NCBI GenBank assembly: GCA_963743525.1
Contig: CAVUQH010000004.1
Span: forward strand, 480,001-544,000
Direction: 5' to 3'
DNA length: 64,000 bases
Source of the DNA: an uncultured delta proteobacterium
GTDB lineage: Bacteria; Myxococcota_A; Polyangia; Haliangiales; Haliangiaceae
Shown here: in pieces, positions 33,554-43,001 of the stretch
Position numbering within the stretch: position 1 is the first letter of the stretch
Layout of the letters: each line of letters begins with the position of its first letter
Translations under genes and position numbers: made by a program
Notes under the pieces: model-generated
What the model was told of the DNA's origin: nothing
Databases searched by the model: none
Seen by the model: only the letters and a program-made list of their open reading frames with translations

Positions 33554-34825
33554 ATGACGATTCACGTCGGCATCGACTTCGGCACCACCAACAGCGCGCT
33601 GGCCGTGGCCGAGGGGAACGCCCCGCCGCGGCTGGTTGCGCTGCCAGAACCGGGCGGCAGGAGCGCGAGCGACACCTGGCGGACGGTGCTGTTCTTCGAG
33701 CCGCACCCGGTCACCGGCCGGCCCGTGGCAACTGCCGGAGCTCCGGCGATTGGCCGCTACCTGGAGCTGGAGGGCGACGGCCGCCTGGTCCAGTCGATCA
33801 AGTCGCACCTGGCCAGCAACCTGTTCACCCGCACGCAGATCAACGGCCGCACTTTCACCCTGCCGGCGCTGGTAGGCACGTTCCTGCGCGCGCTCCGCGA
33901 TGCCGCGCCGATGGACCTGGGCCGGCGCGCGGTGGTCGGCCGCCCGGTCAGATACTGGGGCGCAGAGAGCGAGGCCGACGACGCGCGGGCAATCGAGCGA
34001 ATGCGCGAAGCGCTGGCGCTGGCCGGCTTCGACGACGTCGTGTTCGAGCTCGAGCCGATCGCCGCCGCCGGCAGCTACGCCGCGCGGCTGCCCAGCGACG
34101 AGCTGGTGATGGTCGCCGACCTCGGTGGCGGCACCGCCGACTTCTCGCTGGTCCGCGTCGGTCCCGGCTCGCCGGGCGGCGAGGTGCTGGGCACAGGCGG
34201 CATCGGCGTCAGCGGCGACGCCTTCGACGCGCGCGTGGTCGATCGGGTGCTGGCGCCGGCGCTGGGCAAGGACAGCCGTTACCGCGACGAGCTGGGCATG
34301 GAGGCGCCAGTGCCGGCCTGGCTGTACACCCGCCTGCGGCGCTGGCACCACCTGTCGTTCCTCAAGGAGCCAAAGACGATGGCGCTGCTCGAGCGGCTGC
34401 GCACCGGGGCGATCGAGCCGGACAAGATCGAGCGCCTGGTGTCGGTGATCGACGGTGACCTGGGGCTGCCGCTGCACCGGTCGATCGAACAGGCCAAGGT
34501 CGAGCTGTCGAAGGCCGAGCAGGCGGTGTTCGGCTTCGACCAGGGCGACGTGACGCTGCGCCACGCACTGTCGAGAGAGGCATTCGAGGACTGGATCGTC
34601 GACGACCTGGCGGCGATCGACGGCGTCGTCGGCGACCTCCTGGTGAGCGCCGGCGTGGACGCGCAACAGGTCGATCGCGTCTTCGCCACCGGCGGAAGCT
34701 CCCTGGTGCCGGCGGTGCGTGGCATGCTGGCGAAACGGTTTGGCGCCGGCAAGCTGATCGGCGGCGAGGAGCTGACGTCGGTCGCCTGGGGCCTGGCCGC
34801 CCGGGCGAGAGAGCGTTTCAGCTAG
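33554..34825 (+). CDS. yegD: Hsp70-family protein (YegD-like)
   Basis: GIDFGTTNS, GRPV, EPIAAA, DLGGGTADF, TGGSS; lacks a substrate-binding domain. Confidence 0.85.
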   Translation: MTIHVGIDFGTTNSALAVAEGNAPPRLVALPEPGGRSASDTWRTVLFFEPHPVTGRPVATAGAPAIGRYLELEGDGRLVQSIKSHLASNLFTRTQINGRTFTLPALVGTFLRALRDAAPMDLGRRAVVGRPVRYWGAESEADDARAIERMREALALAGFDDVVFELEPIAAAGSYAARLPSDELVMVADLGGGTADFSLVRVGPGSPGGEVLGTGGIGVSGDAFDARVVDRVLAPALGKDSRYRDELGMEAPVPAWLYTRLRRWHHLSFLKEPKTMALLERLRTGAIEPDKIERLVSVIDGDLGLPLHRSIEQAKVELSKAEQAVFGFDQGDVTLRHALSREAFEDWIVDDLAAIDGVVGDLLVSAGVDAQQVDRVFATGGSSLVPAVRGMLAKRFGAGKLIGGEELTSVAWGLAARARERFS

Positions 34826-34883
34826 GCGGTCACTGGTGCAGATGCCCTGCCCGATCGCCGGCAGGCCGCGCTAGAATGGCGTC

Positions 34884-35291
34884 ATGCGCACCGGGATCCC
34901 GGCCTACGCGGCCGCACTGCTGTTGGTCGTGGTTGCCGGCGGGGCCGGCTGCAAGAACAAGATCGACGCCAAGCTGAAGCTCGACGACGGAAACTTCTAT
35001 CCCGACTCGTGCCGCTCGGGACAGGCGCTGGGATTCCAGGGCGTCCAGCTGACCGACGTCACCGGCAACCGCCTGCGCCTGGTCATCACCCCGGCGGGCA
35101 CCTCGGAGGTGTTCTACTTCGCCAAGGGCGCCGAGACCGGCGACGAGGTCGGCCCATGCGGCCCGCTCACGGTGACGCGGCAGAACAGCACCATCAACGA
35201 CGTCACCAACGTCGAGGGTCACGCGACGCTGAAGTGTGAAGGTGGCGGGCACAAGCTCGCGGGCACCGTCACCTTCAGCAACTGCCACTAG
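34884..35291 (+). CDS. Small lipoprotein
   Basis: Lipobox GAGC; four further Cys; TAGAAT 6 nt before ATG. Confidence 0.7.
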   Translation: MRTGIPAYAAALLLVVVAGGAGCKNKIDAKLKLDDGNFYPDSCRSGQALGFQGVQLTDVTGNRLRLVITPAGTSEVFYFAKGAETGDEVGPCGPLTVTRQNSTINDVTNVEGHATLKCEGGGHKLAGTVTFSNCH

Positions 35292-37150
35292 AAGGCGATG
35301 TCGCCCGACTCGATGCGGGCGTAGATGTCGGCCTCCATCGGCTGGTAGTGACTGCTCTTGGGCAGGAGCACGTACAGCGGCTCGTGCACCTTGCTCGGGT
35401 CGAAGCCCTCCTTCTTCAGGTCGCCCTTCATCTGTTTGAAGGTTCCGGTCGTGTCCAGGGCGGTGCGGAAGCGGAGGAACAGCGGCCAGGCGTACGGCGG
35501 CAGCTGCTCGCGGATCAGCGACAGCAGCGCGCCGAAGTCGAAGTCCCCGGGTGAAACCCGAGCGACCAGCGAGGCCATGCCGGCGCGGCCGTCGGCGCCG
35601 GGAATCTGCACGCCGTAGACGGTCGCCTCCTCGACCTGGTCGAGCTGACTGAGGACCTCGGCCACCTCCATGGTCAACACGTTCTCGGCCTTCCAGCGGA
35701 AGGTGTCACCGACGCGATCGACGAACTGCGCGTGGCGGAAGCCCTGGTCGCGCAGGAGATCGCCGGAGTTGAACCAGACGTCGCCCTTCTTGAACACGTC
35801 GCGGAGCAGCTTCTTTTCGCTGGCCGCCTTGTCGGTGTAGCCGTCGAACGCGTACTTCTCGCTGACCTCGGCAATGAGCAAGCCGGTCTCGCCGCGGCCC
35901 ACCCGCTGAAGGAAGCCGCTGGCGTCGCGCACCGGCTCGTCGATGTCGATGTCGTACTTGACCAGGGCGTACGGCGCCGGGCAGAAGCCGATGGTGCAGT
36001 CGAAGTTGAAGACGTTGACGAAGGCGATGTTGCCCTCGGAGGCGGCGTAGAACTCGTACACCTCCTCGATGCCGAAGCGCTCCTTGAACGGCACCCAGAT
36101 GTCGGGGCGCAGGCCGTTGCCGATCATCTTCTGCACCGGGTTGCTGCGATCGTCCGGGCGTGTCGGCTGGTTCATCAGGTAGCGACACAGCTCGCCGATG
36201 TAGCAGAAGGCGCGCGCGTTGTAGCGGCGCACGTCGTCCCAGAACTGACTGGCGCTGAACTTGCGCCGGATGGCGATGCCGGCGCCGTTGGCCGCGGCCG
36301 AGCTCCAGGTCACGGTGAGCGCGTTGTTGTGATAGAAGGGCAGCGGCACGTAGATGATGTCGCCCGGGTCGAGGTCGAGTGCCAGCTTGCCGAAGGCGCC
36401 GCTGGCCTTGACCCAGCGGAAGTGGGTCATCACCGACGCCTTGGGCAGGCCGGTCGTGCCCGAGGTATAGATGTAGAAGCACGGGTCGCCCAGGCGCACG
36501 TCGAGGGGCGGACGACCGGGGGACGCCTCGGCCACCGCCTTGTCGGCGTCCACGGCGTTGTCGGGACAGTTGCGCGCGCCGTCGTCGGGGACGAACACCG
36601 CCGGCCGCGGGCTGCCGTTGGCCAGCTCGCTGCGCACCTCGGCAAAGGCGTCCCACAGCTCTTCGCCGACCACGAACATCTTGGCGTTGCACAGGCCGAG
36701 GCTGTGCACCAATACGTGCTTGCGCTGGCGGGTGTTGATCAGTCCGGCGATGGCGCCCAGCTTGACCGCACCGGCGACGGCGAACATCAACTCGGGCCGG
36801 TTCTCGCAGAAGATCGCGACGGCGTCGCCCTTGCCCACGCCGTTGGCGGCGTAGACGTTGGCCCAGCGGTTGGCCAGCTCGTCGAACTCGCGGTTGCTGA
36901 TGCGCCGATCGTCGAACAGGATCGCCGGGTCGTTGGGCCGCTCGCGCGCGTTGCGCTCGAGGAAGGTGCCGATCGACAGCACCTCGTCCTTGTCGTTCTT
37001 GCCGATGACCTTCAGCCCTTCGCGAATGTCCGGCAGCTTCTTCAAGATGTAGCGGGCACGGGGGACGATTTCGTCCCGATGCCGCGCCAGCATGCGCAAG
37101 GTGTCGAGGGTCCCGGAGGCGAGGTTCGTCAGGTCAATCGAAGGCGGCAT
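35288..37150 (-). CDS. Long-chain acyl-CoA synthetase (FATP/FadD6 type)
   Basis: YIYTSGTTGLPKA, YIGELCRYL, GNGLR, EFYAASEG, DRVGDTFRWK. Confidence 0.92.
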   Translation of the reverse strand: MPPSIDLTNLASGTLDTLRMLARHRDEIVPRARYILKKLPDIREGLKVIGKNDKDEVLSIGTFLERNARERPNDPAILFDDRRISNREFDELANRWANVYAANGVGKGDAVAIFCENRPELMFAVAGAVKLGAIAGLINTRQRKHVLVHSLGLCNAKMFVVGEELWDAFAEVRSELANGSPRPAVFVPDDGARNCPDNAVDADKAVAEASPGRPPLDVRLGDPCFYIYTSGTTGLPKASVMTHFRWVKASGAFGKLALDLDPGDIIYVPLPFYHNNALTVTWSSAAANGAGIAIRRKFSASQFWDDVRRYNARAFCYIGELCRYLMNQPTRPDDRSNPVQKMIGNGLRPDIWVPFKERFGIEEVYEFYAASEGNIAFVNVFNFDCTIGFCPAPYALVKYDIDIDEPVRDASGFLQRVGRGETGLLIAEVSEKYAFDGYTDKAASEKKLLRDVFKKGDVWFNSGDLLRDQGFRHAQFVDRVGDTFRWKAENVLTMEVAEVLSQLDQVEEATVYGVQIPGADGRAGMASLVARVSPGDFDFGALLSLIREQLPPYAWPLFLRFRTALDTTGTFKQMKGDLKKEGFDPSKVHEPLYVLLPKSSHYQPMEADIYARIESGDIAF

Positions 37151-37188
37151 GATGCCGATGCTAGTAAAGAACCCGGGTTCGCGCGCGC

Positions 37189-37213
37189 CGTGTCTCCGAA
37201 AATCGGAGACACG
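37189..37213. promoter_or_regulatory. Perfect inverted repeat between divergent genes, probable operator
   Basis: CGTGTCTCCGA-AAA-TCGGAGACACG. Confidence 0.6.
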
Positions 37214-37323
37214 ACATGCACGCACATCGTGGTAAACGGGATCCGAATACGCACCTCCGGGTTCGGCCTGAACGATTTCCCCGCCGGCAGCCGAACCCTC
37301 CTCAGCCCCCGAGGAGGTCCCCC

Positions 37324-37953
37324 ATGTCCCCCACTCTCGTCCGCCGCATCCCCGCGGCACTCCTTGTCATCGCACTCGTTTCGGCGGTTTCCGCCGCGCG
37401 CGCCGAGACCGCCACCGGCGGCGACCTGGCCGCCGCGGCCCGCGCGTTCGAGCAGGCGCAAGCCGCGCTGCTGGCCAACAATCCGGCTCGCGCCGCGACG
37501 CTGTTCGAGCTGGCCGACCACATCCAGCCATCGCCCGAGGCCCTGCGCAGCGCCGCCCGCGCGCGCATGGCGGCGGGTCAACCGGCCATCGCCGCGACCC
37601 ACGCCGAGAGCATGCTGTCGCGCTACGCCGGCGACGCCGCCAGCCACCAGCTGGCCGTCCGGATCCTGAAGACGACCCGGCGCGCGCTGACCCGGGTGAC
37701 GGCGACCTGTCGGGAGCGCTGCTCGCTGACCGTCGACGGCCAGGCCATCGGCACCGCCGAGGCGCGCCAACACATCTTCTACGTGACGCCGGGCGAGCAT
37801 CACTACCGGGCTCGCTTCGCCTCGGGTACGACCGTCACCGAGACGTTCGAGCGCTGGGCCGGCGGCTGGCTGGCGCCGTACTTCCACCCCGAGGCCGAGC
37901 CGCAGGTGAGCGCGCCGACGCGGTGCACGGCGTACATGGAGGTGCTGCGATGA
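37324..37953 (+). CDS. Exported TPR/PEGA-like protein
   Basis: Signal peptide, AATLFELAD helical repeat, LTVDG..PGEH; GGAGG RBS; coupled to the kinase. Confidence 0.65.
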   Translation: MSPTLVRRIPAALLVIALVSAVSAARAETATGGDLAAAARAFEQAQAALLANNPARAATLFELADHIQPSPEALRSAARARMAAGQPAIAATHAESMLSRYAGDAASHQLAVRILKTTRRALTRVTATCRERCSLTVDGQAIGTAEARQHIFYVTPGEHHYRARFASGTTVTETFERWAGGWLAPYFHPEAEPQVSAPTRCTAYMEVLR

Positions 37954-39503
37954 TGCGCGCGTCGACCCAGGTGCCGACGCCGCTGATCGATCCGATGCCT
38001 CCGGCACCGGAGGAGAATCGCATCGGCCCTTACGAGCTGGTCGGCATGCTCGCCCGCGGCGGCATGGGCACGGTCTACCTGTGCCGCAAGAACGGCCTGG
38101 CCGGGTTCGAGCGGCTGTCGGCGCTCAAGCTGATGCACGCGCATCTGTCCGACGAGACCGGCTTCCTGACCATGTTCCTCGACGAGGCGCGTATCGCCGC
38201 GCGCATCCACCACGCCAACGTCGTCAGCGTGCTCGACCTGGACGTGTCGCCGCGCGGCCACTACGTGGTGATGGAGTACGTCGAGGGGGCGACGCTCGCC
38301 CAGCTGCTGTCGCGCACGCCCAACCAGCGGTCGGCGCGCATCCTGGCGCCGGTCATCATCGATCTGCTGGCCGGGCTGCAGGCCGCCCACGAGCTGCGCG
38401 ACGAACGCGGCCAGCTGCTCGAGCTGGTCCACCGCGACGTGTCACCGACCAACGTGTTGATCGGCGTCGACGGCGTCGCCCGCATCACCGACTTCGGCAT
38501 CGCCAAGGCGCGCGCGCGCATCACCAGCACCCAGCCGGACGTGCGCAAGGCGACGCTGTCGTACGCGGCGCCCGAGCAGATGCGCGCGACCTCCAGTGTC
38601 GATGCACGCACCGACATCTTCGCCACCGGCGTGGTGCTGTGGAACGCGCTCACCGGGCTGTCGTTGTTCCGCGGCGCCACCGACGCCGAGACGGTGCACA
38701 ACATCATGAACCGCAAGATCCCGGCGCCGAGCACCGTCGGGTTGCGGCCCCCGCCCTGCTTCGACGAGATCTGCTTGCGCGCCCTCGAGCGCGATCCGGA
38801 CCGGCGCTTCCAGAGTGCCGCCGAGATGGGCGAGGCGCTGCGCCTGGCAGCGAGCCGTTCCGGCCTGCTGGGTACTCCATCCGAGGTCGGCCGGATGATC
38901 GCGCGCTGCTTCGCGCTCGAGCTGGCGGCCCGGCGCAAGGCGCTGCGCGAAGCGGCACGGCCGATCATCTTGCCGGCGCCTCCCATGGTGCCGGCGTTCC
39001 TCACGCCGCCGCCCATCGACAGGCCTCGCGCCCGGACCACCCCGCCGCCACCGCCCCGGCCGCGGGCGACGACCGTTCCCCCGCCGCTTCCGGCGCGTGC
39101 TCGCGCGCTGCCGCCGCCGCCGGCGCGACGGCGCTTGCCGCGCCTGGGCCAGGTGGTGGCGGCGACGGTGCTCGGCGCCGGACTCGGGGTCGCGGCGGTG
39201 TTCGTGCCACGGGCGCTGGACCGCGCCGGCGCGACCTCGGTGGCCGCCGAGCCGGTGGTCGACGTACCGGCGGCGACCGTCGAGGTGGAGCCGACAGCTG
39301 CGCCAGCCCCGAAGGTGGCATCGCGCCTGGCCGCCGATCCGGCCCCCGAGGTGGTGATGGACGCCGAGCCGAAGCCAGCGGCCCGGGCCGAGGCCAAGCC
39401 TCAGTCGGCTACCGCGAAGAAGAAGAAGAAGAAGACCACCCGGCGCAGGCACAAGGCGCGACGCTCCGCGCCGGTGCTCGAGAGCAATCCCTACCTGCGC
39501 TGA
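37950..39503 (+). CDS. Ser/Thr protein kinase with Pro-rich linker, TM and basic tail
   Basis: [29 protein letters not shown]. Confidence 0.92.
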   Translation: MMRASTQVPTPLIDPMPPAPEENRIGPYELVGMLARGGMGTVYLCRKNGLAGFERLSALKLMHAHLSDETGFLTMFLDEARIAARIHHANVVSVLDLDVSPRGHYVVMEYVEGATLAQLLSRTPNQRSARILAPVIIDLLAGLQAAHELRDERGQLLELVHRDVSPTNVLIGVDGVARITDFGIAKARARITSTQPDVRKATLSYAAPEQMRATSSVDARTDIFATGVVLWNALTGLSLFRGATDAETVHNIMNRKIPAPSTVGLRPPPCFDEICLRALERDPDRRFQSAAEMGEALRLAASRSGLLGTPSEVGRMIARCFALELAARRKALREAARPIILPAPPMVPAFLTPPPIDRPRARTTPPPPPRPRATTVPPPLPARARALPPPPARRRLPRLGQVVAATVLGAGLGVAAVFVPRALDRAGATSVAAEPVVDVPAATVEVEPTAAPAPKVASRLAADPAPEVVMDAEPKPAARAEAKPQSATAKKKKKKTTRRRHKARRSAPVLESNPYLR

Positions 39504-41357
39504 TCAGAGAATCAGCCTGACCCCGCCCAGGTGCTCGATGCGGTGGGGAAAGTGGTCGCCCGGCGTGCCGATGAACATGTAGTTCTTGGGCACGCGCAGC
39601 CGCCGCGACAACCGCTCGATCAGCTCGGGTCCGAACTCGCCCTTCACGGCGAGGAAGTCGATCTTCAGCTGCGGGTACATCCGGTTGACCATCTGCAGGT
39701 GCTCGGACAACTGCTTGGGGATGTCCTTTTCGTCCTCGAAGACGTGCACCACCTTCATCTGCTGGGTCTGCTCGTTCTTCAGCACGTACAGCGCCGCGCG
39801 GTTGAGCGTGGCCAGGTCGTCACCGCGGGTGAAGTAGACGGTGCTGCGGTCGGTGATCTGCCGCAGCTTGCCGATCACGCTGCGGCGGATCGCGTCGTTG
39901 ATCGACGTCACCCACTCGACCACGCCGCGCGACACGAACAACAGCAGGCGGAGGAGGTAGGTGCGCACGAACATCAGCATCACCGCGCCCGCGACGGCGC
40001 CGAAGAAGATGCCGAAGATGCGCAGATTCTCCAGGGTGATGTTGCCGACCAGCCCGGCCAGCACACCGATGAGCGCGACCACTACCGCCGGCCAGCCGGC
40101 GCGAATCTCGCGCGGCAGCCGACTGCGCACCACCTTGAGCAGCATGTTGCCGGTGGCGAACAGCGACATCACCGCCAGGAACGACAGCGTGTAAACGCCC
40201 GCCAGGATCTCCACGTCGCCCTGCGTGATGAACATGATCGACGTGCACAGGGCGAAGAACGACAGGATGATCCAGTGGTTGGTCTTGCGCCACTTGTTCT
40301 CGCGCAGGAGCAGCTGCGGCAGGCAGCGGTCCAGGCTCATCCGCCGGACCAGGCCGGTGACGCCGACGTACGAGGTGAGCACCGCACCCGACAGCACCAG
40401 CACCGCGTCGATGCTGACCCAGGTACCCAGCCACGGCCCACCCGACGTCCGACCCATGAGCGACAGCAGGTTGTCCTTGTTGGCGTGGAATTGGTCGAGC
40501 GGCACCATGCCCATCGACAGCAGGCTGATCAGCGGGTTGAACACCGCCACCGCGATCCACATGTTGCGCAGGGTCTTGGGGAAGACGCCCTTCTTCTGTT
40601 CCTCGATGAAGTTGGCCGAGCTCTCGAAGCCGGAAATGCCCAGCATCGCCGCGGCGAAGCCGAAGAACAGCGCGTGGATCATCCCGCCCGGCGGCGGCAC
40701 GTGCCAGTTGGCGGTGAAGGTCGATGGATCGCCGAGGATCGAGATGACCGACGCCACGCACAGCACCGTGAGCGTGGTGATGTGGAAGACGAAGATCGCC
40801 AGCGCGACGCCGGCCGACTCGCTGATACCGACCAGGTTGAGCAGCGCGAAGAAGCCGAGGAGACCGATAGTGGCGACGAAGACGTTGATCGAGATCAGGT
40901 CGGAGGCGTAGTGCATCCCCTCGCCCGCGCTGATGACCGCCGTCGCCAGGTACGACAGCAAGGTCAAGCAGGCGGCCCCGGCGGCCAGCTTCTTGTTGGT
41001 GCTGTTGAGCAGTAGCGTATAGGTGCCGCCGTTCAGCGGCAGAGCCGAGCCGACCTCGCCGTAGATCTTGCGGAACAGGAACAGCAGGCCGGCGACGATG
41101 ATCAGGGCCAGGGGCGCGTACGGCCCGGCGGCGATGCCGGCCAGCGCCGACACGTACAGACAGCTCGAGGTGATGTCGTTGCCGCAGATCGCGGTCGCCT
41201 TCCACGTCCCCAGCTGATGTTTCGCATGTCCGGTCAGCGAGGTGACCGGCACCGGGTCGTCTCCGAGGTCGTCGATCCGTTCGGATCGGCCCCAGCCGGG
41301 AAAGCTCCACTGTTCTTCCGGTGTCGCCGGAACGGTTTCGCTGCTGTTGTCCGCCAC
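39504..41357 (-). CDS. APC-family amino-acid permease with C-terminal cytoplasmic domain
   Basis: ATAICGNDITSS, LPLNGGTY, GISGFESSANF; about 12 TM; start approximate. Confidence 0.88.
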   Translation of the reverse strand: MADNSSETVPATPEEQWSFPGWGRSERIDDLGDDPVPVTSLTGHAKHQLGTWKATAICGNDITSSCLYVSALAGIAAGPYAPLALIIVAGLLFLFRKIYGEVGSALPLNGGTYTLLLNSTNKKLAAGAACLTLLSYLATAVISAGEGMHYASDLISINVFVATIGLLGFFALLNLVGISESAGVALAIFVFHITTLTVLCVASVISILGDPSTFTANWHVPPPGGMIHALFFGFAAAMLGISGFESSANFIEEQKKGVFPKTLRNMWIAVAVFNPLISLLSMGMVPLDQFHANKDNLLSLMGRTSGGPWLGTWVSIDAVLVLSGAVLTSYVGVTGLVRRMSLDRCLPQLLLRENKWRKTNHWIILSFFALCTSIMFITQGDVEILAGVYTLSFLAVMSLFATGNMLLKVVRSRLPREIRAGWPAVVVALIGVLAGLVGNITLENLRIFGIFFGAVAGAVMLMFVRTYLLRLLLFVSRGVVEWVTSINDAIRRSVIGKLRQITDRSTVYFTRGDDLATLNRAALYVLKNEQTQQMKVVHVFEDEKDIPKQLSEHLQMVNRMYPQLKIDFLAVKGEFGPELIERLSRRLRVPKNYMFIGTPGDHFPHRIEHLGGVRLIL

Positions 41358-41411
41358 GAGACCGGCGACTGTATCATCCCCCTGGGGCCACGGAACGGTT
41401 ATGGTAGGCGT

Positions 41412-41834
41412 ATGAGCCCCTATCGGACTCCAGGCGACCCCGGTGCGCCCCGCGAGCGCGGCCCGGGCGGTACGCACGGTGGCGTCGGCGAATTCCTCAT
41501 CGGTCTGGCGATGCTCATCGCCGGCGTCTACCTGTTCCTCGACAGCGTGATGGTCACGTCCGATCTGTTCTCGCTGTTCGGATTCGGCCGCGGCTCGTTC
41601 GGCCTGTCGCTGATCCCGATCTTCGCCGGCGTCGCGTTCTTGTTCTTCGATGGCAAGAGCAAGATCGGCTGGCTGCTCACCGGCGGCGGATTGATCATCA
41701 TCGTCGTCGGCGTGCTCAGTCGCATGACGATCTACTTTCGCCAGCGCAGCTTGTTCGACACACTGCTCATGCTGGTGTTGGTCGCCGGCGGCATCGGTTT
41801 GATCGCGCGATCGCTTCGCCCGCACTCCGAGTAA
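41412..41834 (+). CDS. Small 4-TM membrane protein
   Basis: PGGTHGG motif followed by hydrophobic helices. Confidence 0.75.
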   Translation: MSPYRTPGDPGAPRERGPGGTHGGVGEFLIGLAMLIAGVYLFLDSVMVTSDLFSLFGFGRGSFGLSLIPIFAGVAFLFFDGKSKIGWLLTGGGLIIIVVGVLSRMTIYFRQRSLFDTLLMLVLVAGGIGLIARSLRPHSE

Positions 41835-41862
41835 ATCCCCCTCATAGAAACCCGACGATCTC

Positions 41863-41876
41863 TTGACCGGGATCAA
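41863..41876. promoter_or_regulatory. FNR-type box upstream of the benzoyl-CoA operon
   Basis: TTGAC-CGGG-ATCAA versus consensus TTGAT-N4-ATCAA (one mismatch). Confidence 0.7.
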
Positions 41877-41892
41877 CATCGGGCACCCGCCT

Positions 41893-41912
41893 ATGAACGA
41901 ACGTCCGTTCAT
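41893..41912. promoter_or_regulatory. 20-bp palindrome, probable TetR operator at the had start
   Basis: ATGAACGA-ACGT-CCGTTCAT, one mismatched pair. Confidence 0.65.
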
Positions 41913-42981
41913 GGGGAACTTCTCGGATGTCCGGGCGTGGGTGCTCGAGGCCGCCGGTCAGCCGCTGGTACAGCGGTCGATCGAGCTGCCCGACCCTGGC
42001 CCCGGTGAGGTCATCGTCGAGATCGACGCGTGCGGCCTGTGCCACACGGATCTCGGGTTTGCCGCCGGTCAGGTGGCCCCGCGGCACGAGCTGCCGCTGG
42101 TCCTCGGCCACGAGATCGTCGGCGTGGTGGTGGCGGCCGGCGACGGCGCGGCCCCCCGTATGGGCCAGCGGGTGATGGTGCCCGCGGTGATGCCGTGCGG
42201 CGACTGCGCCTTCTGCCGCGCCGGCCGTGGCAACGCGTGCCCGCGGCAGAAGATGCCGGGCAACGACATCCACGGCGGCTTCGCAACTCACATTCTTGTT
42301 CCGTCCGCGCCGCTGGTGTCGCTCGACGAAGCACCCGCTGGGGTTGCCATCGACGCGCTTTCGGTAGTCGCCGATGCGGTATCGACCGCGTTCCAGGCGA
42401 CGAGACGCGCCGGGCTCGGCGAGGGTGACGTGGCCTTCGTCGTCGGCGCCGGTGGCGTGGGCGGATACGTCGCGCAGATCGCGCACGCGCTGGGCGCGCA
42501 CGTCGCGGTCTGCGACGTCGACCCGGCCCGGCTCGAGCTGACCCGGGCGCACGGCGCCGATGTCGCGGTCGACGTGTCCGGACGCACCGCTCGCGACGTG
42601 CGCAAAGAGCTGCACGGCTGGGCCCGCGAGCTGGGCGTGCCGTCCCTGCGCTGGCGCATCTTCGAGACCAGCGGCACCGCCGCCGGCCAGGAGCAGGCGT
42701 ACACGCTGATCAGTCAGGCCAGCACCGCGGTGATGGTCGGCTTCACCCGCGACACCGTGACGGTGCGCCTGTCCAACCTGATGGCCTTCGACGCCTCGGT
42801 GCACGGCACCTGGGGCTGCCCGGTCGAGGCCTATCCCGACGTTCTGGCCATGATCTACCGCGGTCAGATCGCCATCGAGCCGTTCATCGAGCGCGCGCCG
42901 CTGTCGCGCATCAACGACCTGCTCTCGTCACTGGCGGCGCACCAGCTGTCGCGCCGCGCCGTCCTCGATCCACGCGCCTAG
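41911..42981 (+). CDS. had: 6-hydroxycyclohex-1-ene-1-carbonyl-CoA dehydrogenase (Zn-ADH family)
   Basis: CGLCHTD, GHE, PAVMPCGDC..C..C, QKMPGNDIHGGFA, RLSNLMAFDA; operon context; start could be 41893. Confidence 0.9.
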   Translation: MGNFSDVRAWVLEAAGQPLVQRSIELPDPGPGEVIVEIDACGLCHTDLGFAAGQVAPRHELPLVLGHEIVGVVVAAGDGAAPRMGQRVMVPAVMPCGDCAFCRAGRGNACPRQKMPGNDIHGGFATHILVPSAPLVSLDEAPAGVAIDALSVVADAVSTAFQATRRAGLGEGDVAFVVGAGGVGGYVAQIAHALGAHVAVCDVDPARLELTRAHGADVAVDVSGRTARDVRKELHGWARELGVPSLRWRIFETSGTAAGQEQAYTLISQASTAVMVGFTRDTVTVRLSNLMAFDASVHGTWGCPVEAYPDVLAMIYRGQIAIEPFIERAPLSRINDLLSSLAAHQLSRRAVLDPRA

Positions 42982-43001
42982 GCCGCGCCCAGGAGACCCC
43001 G

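Noticed and set aside
30820..34458. Long antisense or alternate-frame ORFs (e.g. 30820..34458 +, 11182..13968 -, 56881..60210 -)
   Set aside because: Shadow ORFs typical of high-GC DNA, overlapping well-supported genes.
39416..39433. (AAG)6 tract as a phase-variation repeat
   Set aside because: In-frame triplets encoding a Lys run in a disordered tail.
41845..41857. 13-mer TAGAAACCCGACG shared with 6169..6181
   Set aside because: Both copies are intergenic, but one 13-bp match in 64 kb can arise by chance and no shared function is evident.
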